From IMG/VR virus record IMGVR_UViG_3300050501_000396: DNA of 57,716 nucleotides. One strand, written 5' to 3'. The notes beneath the pieces are model-generated. The model saw only the letters and a list, made by a program, of their open reading frames with translations. It did not search any database and was not told where the DNA came from. Source of the DNA: a virus. Of this stretch, positions 49,498-57,716 are shown piece after piece (positions within the stretch are counted from its first letter, which is position 1; every line of letters begins with the position of its first letter). A program made the position numbers and the translations under genes.

Positions 49498-50259
49498 ATG
49501 AGCAAGGCAAACTACAAGCGGTACTGGAATCTCGAGGAGCGCGAGCGCGCAGCACTGAACGAGGACGAGGTGCAGGCGTACCTCGCCGTGGAGCTGATGG
49601 AGCGCGGCGTGATCGCTCCACGCGCGCCGGTGCCGGAACCGATTTTGGAGCCGTCGCTGGAGCGCGAGTCGGTCTTCGTAATCGCCTACGGTTACAGTGA
49701 CACGCTCGACCTGGCCTTCCCCACGTTCGAGGCCGCGCAGGCGTTCCTTGGCCTGGGCGCGCAGCTGATCAAGCGCGACTGGCAGGCCGGCAATGCGCGC
49801 TACCTGGAGCCGATCGACCAGGCGCGCGTACAGAGCGCGAGCGTGACGACGCAGGACGCAGCCCTCGCCGCGCGCGCCGAACTGCGCGAGAACACCGCGC
49901 GCAAGGAGCGCAACGAGACGGCACGGCGGGCGTATGAGCAGGCGATCGAGTCCGTCGACAAGGAGACGCGCGACATCTGGGCGGACTGGAAGCGGTGCCG
50001 CGGCCTAGTCGCCGACCACCTGCGCGTGATGGAGACGTGGGCCACCTACGTGGCCATGACCGGCGGAGACGAGGCGGTCGCGTGGAAATTCCTGACGCAG
50101 GCATTCGGCATGGTCCCGGCGCTCGCGGCGTTCGAGTTCAGCGGCGAGCCGCTGCCGGCGGGCGTCGCGACTGCGGATGGAGCGGCGAGCGGCGACGCCT
50201 CCGCTGCCATCGACGAGTCGCATGCGGCGGCCCGAGCCGATGCTGGAGGGGTGGCGTGA
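49498..50259 (+). CDS. hypothetical protein (253 aa)
   Basis: Track ORF trimmed to ATG 49498 (SD AGGAGGG); an in-frame upstream ATG 49270 would add a hydrophobic N-terminus, but GC3 drops there. Confidence 0.55.
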   Translation: MSKANYKRYWNLEERERAALNEDEVQAYLAVELMERGVIAPRAPVPEPILEPSLERESVFVIAYGYSDTLDLAFPTFEAAQAFLGLGAQLIKRDWQAGNARYLEPIDQARVQSASVTTQDAALAARAELRENTARKERNETARRAYEQAIESVDKETRDIWADWKRCRGLVADHLRVMETWATYVAMTGGDEAVAWKFLTQAFGMVPALAAFEFSGEPLPAGVATADGAASGDASAAIDESHAAARADAGGVA

Positions 50260-51415
50260 GCGACGACTTCTTCACGGACTTGGAGAACACCAAACCGTAT
50301 CTCAAGGTCGCGGCCGAGGGCTTCGCCGGCTCGGGCAAGACGTACACGCTCGCCCAGATCGCCGTCGGGCTACACCAGCGCATCGGCTCTACGAAGCCGG
50401 TGATGATCTTCGACACAGAGAAGGCGGCCAAGTTCCTCCGACCCCTCTTCCAGAGGCACGGCATCAAGGTGCTGCACAAGGAATCCCGCAGCCTCGCCGA
50501 CCTGAAGGAGGCGATGCGCCGCGCGCGCGAGGGGGCATCAGATGTGCTCCTGATCGACTCCATCTCCCACGTCTGGGAGAACTTCGTCGAGTCGTACAAG
50601 GCAAAGACCAAGCGAGGGAAGCTCGAGTTTCAGGACTGGGGTGTGATCAAACCGACGTGGAAGGCGGAGTTCGCCGACCCGTTCGTGCGCGACCCCTACC
50701 ACACGCTCATGACGGGCCGAGCTGCGTATGAGTACGAGACCGAGAAGGTCGACGGCAAGCGCGAGATCTACAAGTCGGGCGTGAAGATGAAGGTGGAGGG
50801 GGAGACCGCCTACGAGCCCGACGTGCTGCTCCTCTTGGAGCGCTTCGAGGAGTTGCTCCAGGACGACAAGAAGGTCTGGCGCGAATGTACGGTGCTCAAG
50901 GACCGATCGACGCTCATCGACGGCAAGACGTTCAAGAACGCCACCTACGAGGACTTCGCGCCGGCCATCGAGGCGATCCTATCCGACGCTGTGACGTCGG
51001 CGCCGCGTGGCGAGCGCAGCGCGGGCGATCTGTTCACGACCGAGGAGGACAAGCGCAAGGCGGTCGTCGCCAAGGAGATCGCGCTGGAGAAGGTCCAGGC
51101 GTTGCTCGTCGAAGCCTTCCCCGGCATGACCGCCGACGAGAAGAAGCACAAGATCGCCGCGCTCCGATTCGCATACGGGCCTGACACCGTGTGGCGCGAG
51201 GTCGAGACGTGGTGGTCAGCGAAGATCATGGCTGGGCTGGAGTTGCTCCGGGTCTACGGCGAGAAGCACGGGAAGCTGGCGCCTGTAGTCGTCCCGCCCC
51301 CGGCAGAAGACAACCCGATGCCAGAGTGGGGCGGCGGTCCGCCCATCACCGCTGCAGAGGCCGAAGCCATCAGGGACGCAGAGCGCACGGTCAAGCCGGC
51401 GGGAGGAGATGCAGC

Positions 51416-51419
<4 letters not shown>
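50256..51419 (+). CDS. RecA-fold AAA ATPase (Sak4/AAA_24-like recombination protein)
   Basis: GTG 50256 (GTGA overlap); Walker A GFAGSGKTY, Walker B VLLIDSISH. Confidence 0.6.
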
Positions 51420-52402
<983 letters not shown>

Positions 52403-52406
52403 CGCC

Positions 52407-52517
52407 ATGGCCGACCTCCAGCTTGAGTTCTACGCGGTCCTCGGCGCGGCCTTGCTCGCCGCAATCCTTCTGTGGCCGCTGTCGGCCCTCGCGTGGCTGA
52501 TCTGGAGGGCGCCGTGA
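52407..52517 (+). CDS. small membrane protein (36 aa)
   Basis: Below the track cutoff; AVLGAALLAAILLWPLSALAWLIW. Confidence 0.35.
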   Translation: MADLQLEFYAVLGAALLAAILLWPLSALAWLIWRAP

Positions 52518-52525
52518 GTCACGAG

Positions 52526-52897
52526 ATGGGCAAGTGCGATGGCTGCACCAGTCCGGCCGTCTACGAGGACTGGGAGACCGGCTTCTGCCAACGGTGGTGC
52601 CGGCGCTGCATGGCCGACGTGAAGGAGACGCGCGATCGGCCGGCTCGCGAGGCACGCGCAGAGGGCGGTGCTTTGGCGCTCTCCATGGTCGGCGCGGCGG
52701 TCGCACTGGTCGAGTCGGTGTGCAGGAGCCGCCCAGGCCGCGCTGCGATGGCGTCGCCGTGCGAGGCCTGCGCCACGACGCCGTCGCGGCACCTGCTCAC
52801 GTGCGAGGCCTGCTGCCGGGGCCTGTGCCCTGACTGCTTCGCGCTCCCGACCTGCGACCGCGCCAGGGACGGCGGGCACAGGGAGGCGCGCACGTGA
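52526..52897 (+). CDS. Cys-rich zinc-finger protein (123 aa)
   Basis: Track ORF trimmed to ATG 52526 (GTG 52514 also possible); many CxxC pairs. Confidence 0.5.
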   Translation: MGKCDGCTSPAVYEDWETGFCQRWCRRCMADVKETRDRPAREARAEGGALALSMVGAAVALVESVCRSRPGRAAMASPCEACATTPSRHLLTCEACCRGLCPDCFALPTCDRARDGGHREART

Positions 52898-53754
52898 ACA
52901 TCGAGGGCAAGCTCGTGGTCGCATCAATCTCCGGCGGCAAGGACTCGGCGGCGCTGTCGCTGTGGCTCACCGAGCAGGGCATCGAGCACCGTCGCGTGCA
53001 CATGCTCACCGGCTGGGACCACCCGGTCACAGGGGAGTACCTGCGCGGGGAGCTCACGCGTGTGCTCGGCCCCATCGAGGAGATCCGCGGCGACCTACTG
53101 ATGCCGGACCTCGTGCGGAAGAAGGGCATGTTCCCGTCGCGCACCCGGCGCTTCTGCACCGAGGAGCTCAAGATCAAGCCGATGATCCGCTACATCGAGC
53201 GGATCGTCGACGCGGGCCATGACGTAGTCAGTGCCGTCGGCATCCGGGCCGCCGAGTCCGAGGCGCGTTCGAAGATGCCGGAGTGGGAGTGGAACAAGGA
53301 CTTCGACTGCTGGGTCTGGCGACCCCTCATCGGGTGGACGGAACAGCAGGTCATCGACATCCACACGCATCACGGACTCCGACCGAATCCCCTCTACCTC
53401 GACGGGGCCGAGCGTGTCGGCTGCTGGCCGTGCATCTTCGCCCGTAAGTCTGAGATTCGCATGCTCGCCGACATCGACCCGGCTCGCGTCGACGAACTAC
53501 GAGCACTCGAGGGCGAGATTACAGCCGTCGCCCGTGACAGAGCCGTGGCGAAGGGCGAGGAACTCAAGCACGACCGCACGTGGTTCCAAGGACAGGAGGC
53601 TGGCTGCACGATGCCCATCGACGAGGCCGTGGCGTGGTCCAGAACGTCGCGCGGAGGTAAGCAGGTCGAACTATTCGCGCCTCCGCGCGAGGGCTGCATG
53701 CGCTGGGGTCTATGCGAGACCGTGGCGCCCGCGGCACCCGAGGATGAGTCGTGA
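52894..53754 (+). CDS. PAPS reductase-family PP-loop protein (DndC-like)
   Basis: VVASISGGKDSAAL PP-loop; ...VGCWPCIF near the C-terminus. Confidence 0.75.
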   Translation: MNIEGKLVVASISGGKDSAALSLWLTEQGIEHRRVHMLTGWDHPVTGEYLRGELTRVLGPIEEIRGDLLMPDLVRKKGMFPSRTRRFCTEELKIKPMIRYIERIVDAGHDVVSAVGIRAAESEARSKMPEWEWNKDFDCWVWRPLIGWTEQQVIDIHTHHGLRPNPLYLDGAERVGCWPCIFARKSEIRMLADIDPARVDELRALEGEITAVARDRAVAKGEELKHDRTWFQGQEAGCTMPIDEAVAWSRTSRGGKQVELFAPPREGCMRWGLCETVAPAAPEDES

Positions 53755-54022
53755 CGCCCTGCATCGACTGCAGTACCCCGACCCGCTCGGCCCGGCGCGC
53801 GGAGGCAGCATGAGGGCGCAACGCCGCGACGTCACCGAAGCGGAGATGCGCATCCGCGGGAACCGCGACCAGCGCCTCTGCCCCGACTGCGGGGGGTGGT
53901 TCTGGTGGCCATGGGCTCGGTGCCTGCAGACGGTGCCCGACGAACGCGAGATCGGGACCGACGATGGCGTGGTCGAGTACGTGCGCGAGTGCCCTGGCGG
54001 GCGCCGTGAGGGCAGGCGATGA
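53744..54022 (+). CDS. hypothetical zinc-ribbon protein (92 aa)
   Basis: Trimmed to ATG 53744; CPDCGG. Confidence 0.4.
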   Translation: MSRDALHRLQYPDPLGPARGGSMRAQRRDVTEAEMRIRGNRDQRLCPDCGGWFWWPWARCLQTVPDEREIGTDDGVVEYVRECPGGRREGRR

Positions 54023-54300
54023 GCGGCCCTGTGTTTGTCTCCTGCGCCTGCTGCCTCGGCACCGGCCGGATGCCGCTTGGCCGCGCCCTCGCCGTGACGC
54101 TCGGAGTGCTCACCGATGCGGGCCCGATGACGACCGTCGACTTGCTCGACGAGTTGCATCGGGGCGGCAGCCGCGTCACACACAGCGCCCTGTGCAACCG
54201 CCTTGTGGCGCTCGAGCGACTCGGTCTCGTGAGTCGCGGGCAGACTGATGGTGAACGCGGGTACGACTGGCGCGCGGTGGTGGAGATGGCGGGCAAGTGA
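54019..54300 (+). CDS. winged-helix DNA-binding protein (93 aa)
   Basis: MTTVDLLDELHRGGSRVTHSALCNRLVALERLGLVSR. Confidence 0.55.
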   Translation: MSGPVFVSCACCLGTGRMPLGRALAVTLGVLTDAGPMTTVDLLDELHRGGSRVTHSALCNRLVALERLGLVSRGQTDGERGYDWRAVVEMAGK

Positions 54301-54358
54301 CCACCGAGCAGATCCTCACCGCCCTGCTGGAGGCCCAGCGCCAGACCGTGGAGGCGCG

Positions 54359-54868
54359 GTGATCCTTCGCCCGCTCACGCTCAAGCAGGTCAACGCCGTC
54401 GTCGCCGCCTGGCATCGTCACCACAAGCCGGTGCGTCAGATGATGTTCGCCATCGGGGCGTTCGTCGGCGAGGGTCTGGCCGGAGCAGCGATCGTGGAGT
54501 GGCCCAAGGCGGAGGCGTTCGGCACCGGCATAGTCCGCGAAATCACCCGGGTAGTGACGCCGAACCGTGCCCGGTGCACACGACCGGACGGCGCCTGTTC
54601 TGCGCTCTCGCGCGCGTGCTGGCGCTCGGCCGCCGCCCAGGGCGTGCGCCGGATGGTAACCTACACGCGCATCGACGAGGCCGGCGCGAGTTATCGAGCC
54701 GCCGGCTTCGTGCCCACCGCCATCATCAAGGGCCGCGACTGGGACAACAAGAACAAGCCTGGGCGCTGGCTCCCCGGCCTCTACCAGCCCACGACTGAGA
54801 CCATCGACCGAGTGCGCTGGGAGATCGGGCCCGACGCGGCGACGACGCGCGTCACGGTGCCGAGGTGA
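54359..54868 (+). CDS. putative GNAT-fold protein (WHRHH-motif phage family)
   Basis: GTG 54359; AAWHRHHKP...CSALSRACWRSAAAQGVRRMVTYT...GASYRAAGF; family assignment from memory. Confidence 0.4.
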   Translation: MILRPLTLKQVNAVVAAWHRHHKPVRQMMFAIGAFVGEGLAGAAIVEWPKAEAFGTGIVREITRVVTPNRARCTRPDGACSALSRACWRSAAAQGVRRMVTYTRIDEAGASYRAAGFVPTAIIKGRDWDNKNKPGRWLPGLYQPTTETIDRVRWEIGPDAATTRVTVPR

Positions 54869-54947
54869 CGGACTCCGAGCTCCTCGCGGCGATCCTGGCC
54901 GAGTTGCGCGCGCTCAACGAGCGCCTGAAAGGCGGTAGAACACGAGG

Positions 54948-56060
54948 ATGGGCACCACCCGCAGAGGAAGGCCGATGCTCCCCGGCGTCCGAGTCCGAGG
55001 CCCGTACGAGCGACGCGACGGGCGCTGGCAGGTCGATGTCCGTGAGGGAGATGGCTCGCGAAGATGCCGCACGTTCACGGCGCTTGCTGACGGCCAGGAG
55101 TACGCCGACGAACTCCTCGCCACCGTCCGTGCCACGAACCCGATCACGATCGAGGACGCGATCGGGGAGTACGAGCGGCACCTGAGCGCCAAGGAGAACA
55201 AGTCGTCGTCGATCACCGACGAGCGCCGGGCGCTCCACCGGTTCTTCCCTGACCGGTCGGTGCGTCTACGGTCGGTGTCGGTGAGCCGGGCCCGAGCGCT
55301 GTACCAGGCGCTCGTGGACGAGACCGACGAGGGCGGCGCGAAGGCGCTCAAGGCGGCGTCTCACCGCAAGTATCTCCACGCCGCCGGCCGCCTGTTCAAG
55401 TGGTGCCTGAGCGAGGGCCTCGTCCCGACCAACCCCTTCGCCTCGGTGCGCCCCCAGGGCAGGCTTAAGCACGGCAAGACCCAGCACCGCGTGGACGAAC
55501 TACGGCTGTGGGAGGCCGAGGCGTGGCACCGGGCGAGCGCTGGTGACCCGCGCGCCGTGGCCGCCCTGATGGCGCTCTACCTCGGCCTGCGGGCCACAGA
55601 GGTCACCTTGCGCGTCGTGCGGGACGTGGACGACGGCGGGAGGATCCTCTGGATCCCGGACGCCAAGACCCCGGCTGGCCGGCGGGCACTCGACGTCCCG
55701 GACGTGCTCGGCCCCATGCTCGTGGGACTGTGCGCGGGGCGCGAGCGGACCGAGTTCCTATTCCCGACCGCCTACGCCGACAAGGCGCGGCCGGGCGGGC
55801 GGGCGCACAAGCGCGATTGGGTGCGCGAGCAGGTCGTGGAGATCTGTGACGCGGCCGGCGTTCCCCGGGTCTCGGCGCACGCCATGCGCGGGGCCCTGGC
55901 CACCCTGGCGGCAGAGCGCGGGCAGCTCGGCCACCTGGCGGCGTTGCACTTCGGGCACACGTCGGTCGCCGAGACGAAGCAGTCGTATGCTGCGCCGGGC
56001 AGCGTCGAGAAGTCGGAGCGGGAGCGGGGGATGAAGGTCTTGCAAGGAGGGAAGCGATGA
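54948..56060 (+). CDS. int: tyrosine recombinase/integrase
   Basis: LGLRATE (R), HAMRGALAT (HxxR), GHTSVAETKQSY (H..Y); ATG 54975 is an alternative start. Confidence 0.8.
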   Translation: MGTTRRGRPMLPGVRVRGPYERRDGRWQVDVREGDGSRRCRTFTALADGQEYADELLATVRATNPITIEDAIGEYERHLSAKENKSSSITDERRALHRFFPDRSVRLRSVSVSRARALYQALVDETDEGGAKALKAASHRKYLHAAGRLFKWCLSEGLVPTNPFASVRPQGRLKHGKTQHRVDELRLWEAEAWHRASAGDPRAVAALMALYLGLRATEVTLRVVRDVDDGGRILWIPDAKTPAGRRALDVPDVLGPMLVGLCAGRERTEFLFPTAYADKARPGGRAHKRDWVREQVVEICDAAGVPRVSAHAMRGALATLAAERGQLGHLAALHFGHTSVAETKQSYAAPGSVEKSERERGMKVLQGGKR

Positions 56061-56332
56061 GAGTCTGGGTCGACAGTACTAACTTCGTGATCGCAGAGAG
56101 CGCCCGTGACGCTCTCGATATGGCGTGTGACAACGTCGGCGTGCCGCGCGACGCCGACGCCGAGACCCTAGAAGAGAATGGTCTCGATCCGCTCGAGGAG
56201 TGGCACTCGCTCCCCGACGATAAGGAGCTCGACATCGGCAGTGATGACCCGGATTGGCCGCGCCGTAAGATGACGTGCGCCGAGTGGTGCCGTGTCGAGG
56301 GTCGCGGGTTGCTGGGGTCCTCGGAGTGGTGA
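56057..56332 (+). CDS. hypothetical acidic protein (91 aa)
   Basis: Track ORF; ATGA overlap with int. Confidence 0.5.
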   Translation: MRVWVDSTNFVIAESARDALDMACDNVGVPRDADAETLEENGLDPLEEWHSLPDDKELDIGSDDPDWPRRKMTCAEWCRVEGRGLLGSSEW

Positions 56333-56406
56333 CTTGTCGCTGCAGATGAGCCAGAGGCTGGCGCAGCGAGAAGTCCCGCTGTCACCGACGGGAATGTGGC
56401 ATGAAG

Positions 56407-56424
56407 GGACGTCATAGCACGTCC
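56407..56424. other. candidate recombination core (6-bp inverted repeat, 6-bp spacer)
   Basis: GGACGT-catagc-ACGTCC. Confidence 0.3.
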
Positions 56425-56649
56425 TGCGGCGCGCACGCCCGCTCACCGACGGTGACGGGCATGCTCGGGGGAACGGAGCCGGGTGCGTTCGCAGCGAGTT
56501 AGCAGCGAGAAATCAACGCCGCTGCGACTCCTTGTACGAGTAGCCGGAAGTCCCAATAGCGACGGGTATCATGGCAGGCAGGCAGTACCACAACATCGGT
56601 CGGTCTCGTCGGTGACTGCTGGTACTGGGATGGTCAGTGTCGATTTCCC

Positions 56650-56678
56650 TTGCGTCGCCGTTAACGCAGCGTTATACG
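56650..56678 (+). promoter_or_regulatory. sigma70-like promoter (leaderless layout) with palindrome in the spacer
   Basis: TTGCGT-17 nt-TATACG, then 7 nt to ATG 56686; the spacer holds TAACG-cag-CGTTA. Confidence 0.4.
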
Positions 56679-56685
56679 TAGATAC

Positions 56686-57276
56686 ATGGGCACGACAAAC
56701 ACGGTGGAGGGAACGACCATGACGACCGACAAGACGATCACCGAGACGCAGGCGCGTGAGTTCCGTACCGTGCCGTGCGGTCACGCAGAGTGTGTGCCTT
56801 CTGATAACCGTGCAGCGGTGTGTAGGTTCATGCCAGCCGAAGGCGCCTGCATTGGACATCGTCTCAACTGCGAGTGCATGACGTGCGTCGACGCACGTGC
56901 GAAAAGGGACAAGGCGGGCGGGGCGGGGACCGGCTGTCAGCACCCGGCCGACAAGGCCTCGACCGCGACGCTCCTGCGCACCTGCCCCGACTGCGGCGCG
57001 GAGTGCAGCGGCACGAGCATCGGCGACGACGACCTGTGCTACGACGAGCGGTGCCCGCTGCACGTGATGGCGGGCCCTCCGATTGTGGAGTACAGCGTCA
57101 ACGCGCGCGACTCCGAGACACCCGCGCCCTGGATGTCTGCCCCCGGCGTGACCCGCGTGCAGCCCGGTGCGCAGGACAGCGGGCGGTGCCGGTTCGCGGT
57201 CTGGACGACCGACCCGTCTGCGCTCGAGGCAGCTCTCGAGGCGGACGACGACGTGCTGGTGTACAGCCGTGGCTAA
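56686..57276 (+). CDS. Cys-rich hypothetical protein (196 aa)
   Basis: Track ORF; ATG 56719 (SD GGAGGG) is an alternative start. Confidence 0.55.
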   Translation: MGTTNTVEGTTMTTDKTITETQAREFRTVPCGHAECVPSDNRAAVCRFMPAEGACIGHRLNCECMTCVDARAKRDKAGGAGTGCQHPADKASTATLLRTCPDCGAECSGTSIGDDDLCYDERCPLHVMAGPPIVEYSVNARDSETPAPWMSAPGVTRVQPGAQDSGRCRFAVWTTDPSALEAALEADDDVLVYSRG

Positions 57277-57709
57277 GCCCGGCCGCCGCAAGCGGCCCGG
57301 GCCTGCCCCCAGCGGGGACGCGATGGTCCTCCTGGGCCTCCGGGTGCCCATCTCGCTCCGGGCCGCCCTGGAGGCGCAGGCGAAGCGCGCGGGCGTGGAG
57401 GCGTCGGCCCTCGGTCGGCAGCTGCTGCAGGAGGGCCTCGCCGGACTCAGCCCGGACGTCGACCGGCGCCGCGCGGTCCGCGCGCACGCCCATGCGATCG
57501 TCGAGCTGCTCGACCGGCCCTCGGTAGTGCGCCTGGTCTGCGAGCCGGGGCGACCGTGCTCCTACCACGCGGACGGGGGCTCGACCTACGAGCGGTGTCC
57601 GGGGCGGTGCGACGTGATGGGGTGCGACGAGATGGCGGTGGGGGAGACGGAGGGCGGGGACTCGTACTGCGCGCGGCACCTGGCCGAGCGACAGCCGAGG
57701 TGCCGATGA
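57269..57709 (+). CDS. ribbon-helix-helix protein with Cys-rich C-terminal domain
   Basis: GTG 57269; LGLRVPISLRAALEAQAKRAGVEASALGRQLLQEGL; its last 120 nt lie in the terminal repeat. Confidence 0.55.
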   Translation: MAKPGRRKRPGPAPSGDAMVLLGLRVPISLRAALEAQAKRAGVEASALGRQLLQEGLAGLSPDVDRRRAVRAHAHAIVELLDRPSVVRLVCEPGRPCSYHADGGSTYERCPGRCDVMGCDEMAVGETEGGDSYCARHLAERQPRCR

Positions 57710-57716
57710 GCTGGGG
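57590..57716. repeat. 127-bp terminal direct repeat, copy 2
   Basis: Identical to 1..127. Confidence 0.95.

Larger units (their letters stand above)
56333..56685. other. non-coding region next to int, candidate attP
   Basis: Lower GC by eye; direct repeats CACCGACGG (56383, 56444), GAAGTCCC (56370, 56547), GCAGCGAG (56363, 56491, 56502). Confidence 0.45.

Noticed and set aside
54931-54938. An exact ops core GGCGGTAG just upstream of the integrase start.
   Set aside because: It is a single occurrence on the plus strand inside a probable coding or overlap region. An 8-mer of this composition is expected several times by chance in a window this size (rough estimate).
54865-55185. ORF 54865..55185 as an excisionase upstream of int.
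   Set aside because: Only its first ~28 codons precede int. The rest overlaps int out of frame with Arg/Ser-rich sequence. No HTH or winged-helix Xis pattern was recognised.

Overview
The window is one complete, circularly closed genome. The first and last 127 nt are identical, leaving 57,589 unique bp. It is a very GC-rich temperate phage or prophage with a contractile tail. The host is probably Gram-negative, judged from the spanin pair and several lipobox signal peptides.

Minus strand (46.2 kb down to 0.5 kb), in transcription order:
- a cro-like HTH gene;
- about 45 small, tightly overlapping early genes, including ParB-like, RusA-like, several HNH endonucleases, a replication initiator and a DnaC-like loader;
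- small and large terminase, a GroES-like co-chaperonin, portal, a MuF-like head protein with an HExxH C-terminal domain, scaffold and major capsid;
- connector genes, sheath, tube, the G/GT chaperone pair with a -1 frameshift, and tape measure;
- a Mu/P2-like baseplate (LysM protein, gpD, gpV, gpW, gpJ and gpI-like proteins);
- fibres, one carrying an SGNH esterase domain;
- an atypical lysis cassette.

Plus strand (46.3 kb, across the junction, to 0.48 kb): a cI-like repressor, an early-left-type operon (Sak4-like ATPase, PAPS-reductase-like protein, tyrosine integrase), a putative attP and three further genes.

The strongest signals not explained by genes are:
1. Fourteen same-orientation copies of a ~20-nt motif, (TAG)CGGCAGGGTC-SCG-RY-GCA. 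They fill nearly every true intergenic gap of the late operon at a fixed distance from the next start codon.
2. An HNH endonuclease gene inserted exactly inside the conserved motif of an ASCH-like gene, with no room for a ribozyme.
3. A lysis cassette with a lipoprotein metzincin and duplicated spanin-like pairs, but no recognisable muralytic enzyme.
4. Sigma70-like promoters placed so that their transcripts would be leaderless.

Many long ORFs in the supplied track are antisense or off-frame artefacts of high GC and are not reported. All calls come from reading the sequence and recalling family motifs. No searches were run.
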